From an uncultured delta proteobacterium (GTDB lineage Bacteria; Desulfobacterota; Desulfomonilia; UBA1062), in contig CAWAUM010000001.1 of assembly GCA_963785235.1 (NCBI GenBank), forward strand, positions 64,001 through 128,000: a stretch of DNA of 64,000 nucleotides, written 5' to 3'. This document shows positions 43,051-51,289 of the stretch, piece after piece. Every line of letters begins with the position of its first letter. Position 1 is the first letter of the stretch. A program made the translations under genes and the position numbers. A model generated the notes under the pieces. It had not been told where the DNA came from and did no database searches. It worked only from the letters and a program-made list of their open reading frames with translations.

Positions 43051-43271
43051 AAATATCACAGACATTCCGGATGTTGCTTAAAACCTATGGACTGCAGTTC
43101 CTTTTTTGTAATCCAAGGGGCTCTTAATCCTTTAATCAAAGCGGTCTTACACGCCCTTCCCAGCTCACTTTTGCGGCGTTGCTGAAACACTGTTTTATTT
43201 ACATCACAGGGCTAATGTTTTTGTCATTGTGCTCGATAGGTTAAATTATAGCAGGGCTTTCATGCCTGAAC

Positions 43272-43284
43272 TGTTCTTTGACAA
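43272..43284 (+). promoter_or_regulatory. boxA-like Nus antitermination site
   Basis: tgttctttgacaa resembles rRNA-leader boxA (TGCTCTTTAACAA) at the head of a long structured leader. Confidence 0.45.
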
Positions 43285-43426
43285 CTTATGAAAGAGCCAT
43301 GTGTGCTCTTTGGCTCCAGAGGCCACACATGGGTAAAAGAGTAACTTAAAGCAGCAAAAAGCGCCCTTCAAGAGAAACAAAGAGGGAAAACTTGAGCCAG
43401 GATCTCCTTGAGAGGTCCCTCGGGCA

Positions 43427-43510
43427 CTCCTTCACAAGCCAAACCACAGGTAACTGTGGGACGGAAAGCCACGGGTCCATACCTAACGTAGGGTGGACAG
43501 CCGGGTCGCC
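43427..43510 (+). ncRNA. GEMM-I (c-di-GMP-I class) riboswitch aptamer 1; G at discriminator position
   Basis: G-CC-AAA-CC acag GUAA cugu GG GAC GG AAA GCC acggguc...gac AGCCGGGUCGCC; G43438 aligns with Vc2 G20. Confidence 0.9.
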
Positions 43511-43596
43511 TCCTTCAGAACCACACCATGGGTAACCATGGGCCGGAAAGCCACGGGTCCGAAAAAGTGCTCGGACAGCCGGGTTGCCTGAAAAGG
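43511..43596 (+). ncRNA. GEMM-I riboswitch aptamer 2; A at discriminator position (3'3'-cGAMP type)
   Basis: A-CC-ACA-CC aug GUAA ccau GG GCC GG AAA GCC acgggucc...ggac AGCCGGGUUGCC; P1 uuca/ugaa; A43520 at the G20-equivalent position. Confidence 0.88.
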
Positions 43597-43610
43597 ATTC
43601 ACCAGCACAG

Positions 43611-43692
43611 CTACACCAGCCACACCATGGGTAACCATGGGCCGGAAAGCCACGGGTCCACACGGAGTGTGGACAGCCGGGTCGCCTGGAGA
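43611..43692 (+). ncRNA. GEMM-I riboswitch aptamer 3; G at discriminator position
   Basis: G-CC-ACA-CC aug GUAA ccau GG GCC GG AAA GCC acgggucc...ggac AGCCGGGUCGCC; P1 cca/ugg; G43619. Confidence 0.9.
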
Positions 43693-43714
43693 ACCTCATC
43701 AGAAAGGAGTTCCA

Positions 43715-44221
43715 ATGAATAGAACAAATCTACTTGCTGCCCTGTGTATGATCGCGATGCTCATACTACCGCAGGCAGGATTAGCCAAGATGGTGGCTTT
43801 GTCCGATGCCGATTTAAGCGAAGTCATCGGTCAGGCAGGTTTTGCTGAAGATACAACTACGACATTCAATTCGCATATTGACAACATGCCTACACAGTAC
43901 GGACTCTTGAATCTCAGCGACGTAACTATGCAGGGCTCCATTGTCAATAGGGCTCCCACGGCCACGATCACGAATACAGCCATGACCAATTTAGCTGTTC
44001 CTGGCTTCGTTCCTGGCTTCGCTATGCCGGGTCTCGGATTGATGGGTCTCGGGTCTATGGGTCTCGGCACACACCTGATCGATATGACCATCAACATCGA
44101 CAAATACACCATCGGCGCCATTCGCATAGGGAACGATACGACTGGACCGAGCTTGGGCGATTTCGCGATGTACGGATTTAAGGCAGATATCAAAGGGACA
44201 GTATCAATCACGGCGCATTGA
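43715..44221 (+). CDS. Secreted DUF6160/FilA-like beta-rich protein
   Basis: AAGGAG RBS; Sec signal ending GLA; mature N-terminus M.ALSD.DLS.V.GQAG; C-terminal SLGDF...G....GTVSITAH. Confidence 0.7.
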   Translation: MNRTNLLAALCMIAMLILPQAGLAKMVALSDADLSEVIGQAGFAEDTTTTFNSHIDNMPTQYGLLNLSDVTMQGSIVNRAPTATITNTAMTNLAVPGFVPGFAMPGLGLMGLGSMGLGTHLIDMTINIDKYTIGAIRIGNDTTGPSLGDFAMYGFKADIKGTVSITAH

Positions 44222-44304
44222 AGCGCATGATGTTACTCTTTTACCTAATCTTTCCCTTGTAATCCCAAGGAGACTATCTTTTGAAAGATCTTCAAAGGTG
44301 GGCA

Positions 44305-45105
44305 CTATTGGCGGATGAGCCTTGCCCTGTCGATATCATCTGTGTCTTTCGGGTGAGAGCTCCTCAAGGGATTTATATCGATGCCGCCCCGCCTGGTATA
44401 AAAACACCTGACAGTTAACTTGTCCGGCTTGCATCTCTCCATAATATCTAAAAATATCTGCTCGCACACCTCTTCTGCAAATCCTTCGTGATCACGGTAG
44501 GAGCAGATATATTTCAGCAGCGCCTCGTGATCGATGGTCCTTCCCTGGTAGCATATGGCCACACTCCCCCAGTCCGGCTGGCCTGTGATAGGGCAGTTGG
44601 TCTTCAATAAATCCGAGTAGAGTTCCTCCTCAGATAAGCCTTGTGAGCATGAGAGCAGGGCAGGGTCCCTTTGGAAGGTAGTAATCTGAATATCCCGGTT
44701 GTCCAGGCAGGTGCCAGCCGGATGAGGCCGACAGGTCATCTCGGGGAAGCCAGCCTGTTCAATGATTCGCACCGAGATCCATTCGGTTGACAGGATATGC
44801 TCAAGGTCATGCCGGATGATTTCTTCAACCCCTTTGGCCGAATCGAAATTCTCGAATGAGAGGCCGCCTAAGTAGAGCTTGAGGGATTTCGACTCCACAA
44901 TGCATTTGCTTTCAACGGGATAGACGATCTCGAGGATACCTATCCTGGGTTTGCCTTTGCTGTTAAGCCAGGATAGCTCATAAGACCGCCAGAGGTCATA
45001 CCCGTAGAGCTTATACCCGCAGGGCTTTCTTGGTATGGGATAAAGCACTGAAGGATCATGACCCTTGGGGTGAGGGATTTTATTGCCAAGCGGCATTTGG
45101 TTCAT
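44305..45105 (-). CDS. queF: NADPH-dependent 7-cyano-7-deazaguanine reductase (two-domain type)
   Basis: W..YELSWLN.KGKP, VESKSLKLYL, NCPITGQPDW, YTRRGGIDINP. Confidence 0.95.
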   Translation of the reverse strand: MNQMPLGNKIPHPKGHDPSVLYPIPRKPCGYKLYGYDLWRSYELSWLNSKGKPRIGILEIVYPVESKCIVESKSLKLYLGGLSFENFDSAKGVEEIIRHDLEHILSTEWISVRIIEQAGFPEMTCRPHPAGTCLDNRDIQITTFQRDPALLSCSQGLSEEELYSDLLKTNCPITGQPDWGSVAICYQGRTIDHEALLKYICSYRDHEGFAEEVCEQIFLDIMERCKPDKLTVRCFYTRRGGIDINPLRSSHPKDTDDIDRARLIRQ

Positions 45106-45764
45106 TCCAGGTACCTCGTTGGGTCAAGGCCCGCATCATATTCCAGGGCATATTTTCTTTCCAGGCAGGTTGCGCAGGCCCCGCAGTGAAGCTCCAAGCC
45201 TTTGTAACAGGACCAGGTCCGGGTGAAATCAAAGTCCAAATCACGGCCTATTCCGGCAATCTGTTTCTTATCAAATCCTGTAAAGGGGGCATCGACCTTC
45301 ACATTGGCAAAGGTGCCGAGTGTCGCAGCCTGTGACATGGCCTCGGTAAACTCCAAGGTACAGTCAGGATATATGGGATGGTCTCCTGAATGTGATGCAA
45401 TGAGCACAAGTGGGATTTGGCGGGTTTCGGCATAGCCGACAGCAACCGAGAGCATGATCCCGTTTCGGAATGGGACTACAGTGGATGATATGGAATCCGC
45501 TCTGTAAGGGCCGTCCGGGATCTCTTCTCCTGATTGTAACAGACTGGAAGAGAACAGGGTGTTGACAAACGGCAGTTCCACCTTTGTAAAGCGGGCACCG
45601 TATACTTCTGCAAGAAGTTGAGCCATGATGAGCTCTTTTGCAGCATGCTTTGAACCATAATCAAAGCTCAAGGCATGTAAATGGTTGAAGCGGGGCCTTG
45701 CCCAGGCCAGCATCACACCAGAGTCCATGCCGCCGGAGAGGAGTATTACCGCACTTTCCATCAT
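45102..45764 (-). CDS. queC: 7-cyano-7-deazaguanine synthase
   Basis: LSGGMDS, FDYG, VPFRN, YPDC, TWSCY..HCG.C.TC. Confidence 0.95.
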   Translation of the reverse strand: MMESAVILLSGGMDSGVMLAWARPRFNHLHALSFDYGSKHAAKELIMAQLLAEVYGARFTKVELPFVNTLFSSSLLQSGEEIPDGPYRADSISSTVVPFRNGIMLSVAVGYAETRQIPLVLIASHSGDHPIYPDCTLEFTEAMSQAATLGTFANVKVDAPFTGFDKKQIAGIGRDLDFDFTRTWSCYKGLELHCGACATCLERKYALEYDAGLDPTRYLE

Positions 45765-46395
45765 ACCCCCCTTTTGTTGTCAAAGATCAGTACATGGAGT
45801 CTTGGGGACATGATGTAACCATTATCCCTGCAGAAGGAGAAGACCGGCTCCATCCTTTTAAACTGTTCGGCCCTGGTCATACCTTGGGGCATTATAAACA
45901 CACGATCCTTGGATATGGCATGGTCCTTCACGAACCGGTCGATCTCGCAAAGCCCTTCAGCATCTTCGGCCACAAATTTATAGTAGTGGGCCTTGGGGAT
46001 GTTTTCCAAAGGGAGATGCCATTTCCCCTCAATATATTTCGGACTCATGACAATAGTAGCATCTTCAAGTGCTGGGATATCAATCTTGCCGCTGGTCTCA
46101 TAAGACAGGCGGTATCCGGACCGGACCAGTTCTTCATGAAGGTCTTTAAGCCCTGTGGTCCACTGGAGAAAAGGCTCCCCTCCGGTGATGACGACATTCC
46201 TGCAGTCATATCGATTCATCTCTGCGAGATCTCGTTGATTCCCATCTCGCTGAATTCATGCCAGGTATACTCGGTGTCACACCATGGGCACAGGGGATCT
46301 ATGCATCCGCCCAGGCGTATGAAGACCGACGGAGAGCCGATAAAAGGCCCTTCGCCCTGGAGGGAATAAAAGATCTCAGTTACCACCAGCTTCAT
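45761..46395 (-). CDS. queE: 7-carboxy-7-deazaguanine synthase (radical SAM), frameshifted near 46228
   Basis: [17 protein letters not shown]....CPWCDT, VITGGEP, ETSG, SPK, PRLH. Confidence 0.88.
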
Positions 46396-46756
46396 GTTAT
46401 GTTCTTCGTTGCCTCGTTTGTATGATTTTTATAATTAATGAACATTGTGTGCATGATTGGTTAAGTATACCGGGAGTCGTGGTTCGTCAAGGATGGGCGT
46501 GGTAACACTAAAATGTGTAATGGAAAACGGGAAGGATCCTATTGAAGAGATCTTTCCATAACTGCAGAATAGTCAGACTGAAACATTGGCATGTTCTGAA
46601 CGAGGAAGGGTTTTTCCATTGATGAAATGACAGCTAGAGGAAACTAACACTCAGGGAGTGCTCCATTGTTACGGCTGTTCTCAGATAACCATTCACATGG
46701 ATTGTATTTTCTGTTAGTACTACAGTAGTCTTTGAAAGTAAGGATAGGGAGATACT

Positions 46757-47440
46757 ATGAAGATCATTGAAGATGCACTGAAAAGAGGTGACAAGGCCCT
46801 CAACGAATACGAATCCAAGCGCCTCCTGGACGCATACTCCATCCCGGTGACCAAGGAGTTTGTTGCAACCAGCATCACGGAAGCCCTCTCGTTTGCCAAG
46901 CAGATCGGCTACCCGGTGGTGCTCAAAGGCTCTTCCCGTACGCTCACTCACAAGACCGAGCACAAGCTCATCGAGCTCGGCATTGATAGCGATCAGGCCC
47001 TCGAGAAGGCGTATGCAGCCCTCACAGAGCGCGGTATGGGCCAGCTCGACGGCATACTTGTCCAGCAGATGGTCAAGGGTGAGCGCGAGCTTGTGGCAGG
47101 TCTTATCCGCGATCCCCAGTTCGGCCCCTGCGTGATGTTCGGCCTTGGCGGAATCTTCACCGAGGTCTTGAAGGATGTCACCTTCAGGGTCGCCCCCCTA
47201 GAGATGCGCGACGCCCTGGAGATGATGGACGAGATCAGGGCCAGAAAGCTCCTGGACGCCTTCAGGGGCAAGCCTGCCGTGAACAGGGAAGTCCTGGCGC
47301 ATGCACTCATCAACCTTGGCAGGATAGGGCTTGAGGTTGAAGAGGTGGCCGAGATAGACATAAACCCCATGATCATCCACGATGACATGCCCATAGCCGT
47401 GGATGCTTTGGTGATACTGAGGAACCCCAAGGCATCATAG
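46757..47440 (+). CDS. ADP-forming acyl-CoA synthetase beta subunit (ATP-grasp)
   Basis: L.EYESK, GYPVVLK, HKTE, DPQFGP.VMFGLGG, EIDINP, AVDA. Confidence 0.88.
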   Translation: MKIIEDALKRGDKALNEYESKRLLDAYSIPVTKEFVATSITEALSFAKQIGYPVVLKGSSRTLTHKTEHKLIELGIDSDQALEKAYAALTERGMGQLDGILVQQMVKGERELVAGLIRDPQFGPCVMFGLGGIFTEVLKDVTFRVAPLEMRDALEMMDEIRARKLLDAFRGKPAVNREVLAHALINLGRIGLEVEEVAEIDINPMIIHDDMPIAVDALVILRNPKAS

Positions 47441-47444
47441 GGGA

Positions 47445-48397
47445 ATGCCGCTGTTTAAAAAGAACGCGCTCTTCATGGCGCCCATGGTGGACTTGAGCCA
47501 TGTGGCGTGCCTGGATCTCATACGATCATTCACCGGTTGCGACCTCCTCTATTCCGAGATGCTCAATGCCCGCATCGTGCCTTGTGAAAAGCCCGGGGTA
47601 TCGGTTTACCTGAAATGGAGCAGGCTTGACGACCTCATCTTCCAGATAGCAGGCAATGATCCTGAAAAGATGCAGGAGTCTGGGGCCAGGCTCGATGGTT
47701 TCGGGCCCTTTGGTGTGGATATCAACATGGGATGCTGGCTCAAGAAGGTAACCTGCCATGGATGGGGTGCAGGGCTCATGAAGGACCCCTCCTTGGCGCA
47801 CAGAGGTCAGTTACAGCGGTAAGGAAGGTGGTAAAGCATTCCCTGTCCGTCAAGATGAGGATCGGCCACAGCCCGGATGTAAAGGCCATGCTGGATTTCG
47901 CCGCCATGCTGGTGGAGTCCGGGGTCGACTTCATCGTTCTCCATGCCAGAACCGTAGAAGACGGCATGTCGCGCAGGGCAAAGTGGGAATATATCGGAGC
48001 GCTCAAGGATGCCCTTAAGATACCGGTGGTGGGAAACGGAGATGTGAGGTCTGCGCAGGATGCGATCGCAATGTTCCAACAGACAGGCTGCGACGGCGTG
48101 ATGATCGGCAGACAGGCACTTATCAGGCCCTGGATCTTCAGGGATATCAAGACGCTCCAAGCTGGTGCCATACAGCATAATCCACCGGCGCTCATGGATG
48201 TGATGCTTGAGCTGCACCGGCTCCTCTTGGTCCATTTCACCCCTGATGTGGCACTTAAAAGATTCAAGATCTCATTGTTCTGGCTTTCCCAGAATCTCAC
48301 CTTCGGCCACCACCTGTGTAAAAACGTGGGCAGGGAGAAGACCATGGACGGTGCCAGGGCATGTATTGAAAAGGCCTTCGAGCAGGGCATTACCTGA
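47445..48397 (+). CDS. tRNA-dihydrouridine synthase family protein, frameshifted near 47800
   Basis: MAPM, DINMGC, SVKMR, HART, VGNGDV, DGVMIGR. Confidence 0.85.
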
Positions 48398-48493
48398 TCA
48401 AAGCTTGATATTTTCCCCAAAGCCTGTATATGTTTTTCTTCGGTATCTGCACCTTTTCCGGTACCTATTCTTCCCAATGCCAAGGAGTGATGC

Positions 48494-49699
48494 ATGAAAC
48501 AGATCGATCTGATGAAAGAACTCCATGTCCCTTCTGACAAGAAGATCCTCATGCTCGTTCTGGACGGCGTCGGAGGCCTGCCGAATGAGTACGGCAAAAC
48601 CGAACTGGAGGCCGCCCGCACCCCGAATATGGACAAGCTCTGCAAGGAGTCCATCTGCGGGCTCTCGACGCCGGTGGGTGTCGGCATCACCCCGGGCAGC
48701 GGACCCGGCCACCTTGGGCTGTTCGGCTATGATCCACTGGAGTACGCCATCGGCAGGGGTGTCCTGGAGGCCCTGGGCATCGGGCTGACGTTGACTCCCA
48801 AGAGCCTGGCTGCACGCGGCAACTTCTGCACCCTTGATCCGGCCAGCGGGGTAATCACCGACCGGAGGGCGGGCAGGATCGCTACCGAGAAGTGCGCAGA
48901 GCTCGTGAACAAGCTCAAGTCGATTACATTGGAAGGGGTCAAGGTTATTGTGGAGCCTGTCAAGGACTACCGGTTCGTGCTCATACTCGAAGGAGAAGGG
49001 CTGGAGGAGGGCTTAAGCGAGACAGACCCCCAGAAGACAGGCCTGAAACCGCTCAAAGTGGAGCCCCTTCACGCGGGTGCTAAGATGAGCGCGATGCTTC
49101 TGAATTCCTGGTTAGAAAAGGCCTTTGTCCTGCTTCGCGACGAGAAGCCTGCCAACGGGTGCACCCTGCGGGGTATTGCCAAGGATCCGGGTCTGCCATC
49201 CTACAAGGAGGTCTACGGGCTCAAGTCATGCGCCATTGCCACATACCCCATGTACAAAGGTCTTGCCCGTCTGGTGGGCATGGATGTACTGGATGCAGGC
49301 GAGACACTGGCCAGCGAGGTTGCGACATTGAAGGACTCATGGGGAAAGTACGACTTCTTTTTCTTCCACGTGAAGAAGACCGATTCGGCAGGCGAAGACG
49401 GCAACTTCGATGCCAAGGTGAAGGTCATCGAGGAGGTGGACAGCCTCATGCCCGAGATTATGTCCCTGATGCCGGATGTCGTTCTCATATCCGGCGACCA
49501 TTCCACCCCGGCTGCCTTAAAGTCGCACTCCTGGCATGAGCTGCCCGTGCTTCTGTATGCGAACAACATACGCAAAGACGCGGTGGTGGAGTTTGGTGAG
49601 CGCCCATGCATGGCAGGCGGCCTCGGGCATATACGCCATGTGGACCTTATGCCCTTGGCACTGGCACACGCCGACAGGCTCACCAAGTATGGTGCCTAA
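48494..49699 (+). CDS. apgM: 2,3-BPG-independent phosphoglycerate mutase (ApgM type)
   Basis: LDGVG, TPGSGPGHL, GRGVLEALG, DRRAGRI, D.AGEDG, GDHSTP. Confidence 0.9.
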   Translation: MKQIDLMKELHVPSDKKILMLVLDGVGGLPNEYGKTELEAARTPNMDKLCKESICGLSTPVGVGITPGSGPGHLGLFGYDPLEYAIGRGVLEALGIGLTLTPKSLAARGNFCTLDPASGVITDRRAGRIATEKCAELVNKLKSITLEGVKVIVEPVKDYRFVLILEGEGLEEGLSETDPQKTGLKPLKVEPLHAGAKMSAMLLNSWLEKAFVLLRDEKPANGCTLRGIAKDPGLPSYKEVYGLKSCAIATYPMYKGLARLVGMDVLDAGETLASEVATLKDSWGKYDFFFFHVKKTDSAGEDGNFDAKVKVIEEVDSLMPEIMSLMPDVVLISGDHSTPAALKSHSWHELPVLLYANNIRKDAVVEFGERPCMAGGLGHIRHVDLMPLALAHADRLTKYGA

Positions 49700-49715
49700 A
49701 AGGAGGGTGCATTCT

Positions 49716-50822
49716 TTGAAAGCAAAGATCAAGGTCGCCATTATCTTCGGTGGTGTGTCCACTGAGCACGATGTCTCCATAGTTTCAGCGGACTCCATTG
49801 CCCGCAGCATTGATACGAACCGGTTCGATCCGGTCTATGTCGGCATAGACAAGGCCGGCAGGTGGCTTCTGGGGAAAGGGGCCTTTGACAGCCTGAGGAG
49901 CGGCAAGATTACCAATGCAGAGCCGGTCATCCCCTGTACGGACCCTGATAAGAAAGGTTTCTTTCATATGGGTTCCGGCAAGGTTACCCCAGTAGACGCC
50001 GTGTTCCCGGTGCTCCACGGCCCTAGGGGCGAAGACGGCACCATCCAGGGGCTTTTCGAGCTTGCCGGGATCGCCTGTGTAGGATGCGACACCATGGCAT
50101 CTGCCATTGCCATGGACAAGGACATGACCAAGCGCGTTCTGGCACAGCATGGCATCCCGGTAGTGAAAGGTACATGTGTATCCAGGTGGATGTGGGATAC
50201 CGACCGGGAAGAGGTTCTCAAGGAGATAAAGGAAACGCTGCAATTCCCTGTGTTCATCAAACCCGCCACCATGGGATCGAGCATCGGTATAAGCAAGGCT
50301 GTTGATATGGATGGTGTCATCAAGGCATTGGAATATGCATTGAGCTTTTCCACCAAGGCAGTCGTGGAACTGGCCGTGGAAAGACCGCTTGAAGTCGAGG
50401 TGGGGGTCCTCGGCAACAACGAGCCCCAGGCATCCGTCCCGGGCCAGGTTGTCCCCAGCAATGAGTTCTATGACTTCAATGCCAAGTATGTGGATGGCGC
50501 AAGCGAGCTCATCATCCCTGCAAAGATCGGCAAGGCAATGAGCGAGGAAATTCAGTTCGCGGCCGTGGATGCCTTTGTGGCCATCGGCGGTTCAGGCATG
50601 GCACGCATCGATTTCCTCGTATCACACGATACCTTCTATCTCAATGAGATCAACACCATCCCCGGGTTCACCAGCATCTCCATGTACCCCAAGCTCTGGG
50701 AGGCAACAGGTATCCCATACACTACCCTGATCACAAAGCTCTTCGAACTGGCGCTCAAGCGCCATGAAATGAACCAATCCCTCACCAAGACCATTGTGCT
50801 GGAAAAGGGGCTGGGGGTGTGA
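49716..50822 (+). CDS. ddl: D-alanine--D-alanine ligase
   Basis: FGG.STEHDVS, LHGPRGEDG, MDK, GSSIG, FYDF.AKY, NEINTIPGFT; TTG start after AGGAGG. Confidence 0.93.
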   Translation: MKAKIKVAIIFGGVSTEHDVSIVSADSIARSIDTNRFDPVYVGIDKAGRWLLGKGAFDSLRSGKITNAEPVIPCTDPDKKGFFHMGSGKVTPVDAVFPVLHGPRGEDGTIQGLFELAGIACVGCDTMASAIAMDKDMTKRVLAQHGIPVVKGTCVSRWMWDTDREEVLKEIKETLQFPVFIKPATMGSSIGISKAVDMDGVIKALEYALSFSTKAVVELAVERPLEVEVGVLGNNEPQASVPGQVVPSNEFYDFNAKYVDGASELIIPAKIGKAMSEEIQFAAVDAFVAIGGSGMARIDFLVSHDTFYLNEINTIPGFTSISMYPKLWEATGIPYTTLITKLFELALKRHEMNQSLTKTIVLEKGLGV

Positions 50823-50911
50823 GTGTCAAAGAAGCTTAAGATGTAAATGAGAAAAATTAAGATACCAATGCAGTGCAATTTGAATCAAAACCTTTTCACT
50901 GACTGATATCC

Positions 50912-50940
50912 ATGTGCCGGGACAAGCTGCCCCGGCGCAT
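50912..50940. terminator. Hairpin between convergent ddl and the glp operon
   Basis: atgtgccggg / cccggcgcat stem. Confidence 0.45.
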
Positions 50941-50950
50941 TAATGCATGA

Positions 50951-51289
50951 TTAATAATGGAGCTTATTAAGAGGTATGCTCAGATTGAGCCCGTACACAT
51001 GCTCTTTCTGCCCTGATGGGGTGGTGTAAGACGAGAACATGGGCCGGATCTCGTAAAGGCCGAAGGCAACCCCGCAGATGACGCCAATCGCAGCGCCCTG
51101 ATAGACGCGCTCCCAATGGTCGCCAGGGTGGTCCATGAAGGCCAGTGTAGCGCCGCCCACCAGCCCACCAATACCTGCACCCCAGAGGGAATCCACGAGG
51201 ACAACCTCAAGGGTGGCTGCGGCTTGGGACTGAGCTGGCAGTGTAAAAAATGCAAGACACAATGAAATAATAATCAAGCCCTTCTTCAT
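50951..51289 (-). CDS. Exported small protein with glycine-zipper helices
   Basis: Signal peptide; GAGIGGLVGGA and GAAIGVICG; translationally coupled to glpC. Confidence 0.6.
   Translation of the reverse strand: MKKGLIIISLCLAFFTLPAQSQAAATLEVVLVDSLWGAGIGGLVGGATLAFMDHPGDHWERVYQGAAIGVICGVAFGLYEIRPMFSSYTTPSGQKEHVYGLNLSIPLNKLHY

Noticed and set aside
43213-43247. Sigma-28 or sigma-70 promoter for the riboswitch leader
   Set aside because: Only weak matches (TAAT-N15-CTCGATAG; TTGTCA with non-optimal spacing); not supportable
43427-43692. Three near-direct repeats with variable inserts, superficially like a CRISPR mini-array
   Set aside because: Units are about 85 nt with GEMM-I aptamer structure, the variable parts are P3 loops, and no cas genes are present
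43346-43722. ORFs 43346-43699 (-), 43528-43722 (+) and the 43637 upstream extension
   Set aside because: They are translations of the riboswitch repeats; the real start is ATG 43715 after AAGGAG
44305-46395. queE/queC as part of a 7-deazaguanine DNA-modification or QatABCD defence system
   Set aside because: queF is present and no dpdA, tgt-like or qat genes are nearby, so ordinary queuosine synthesis is the simpler reading
46396-46500. preQ1 riboswitch upstream of queE
   Set aside because: No recognisable preQ1 stem-loop with an A-rich tail on the minus strand
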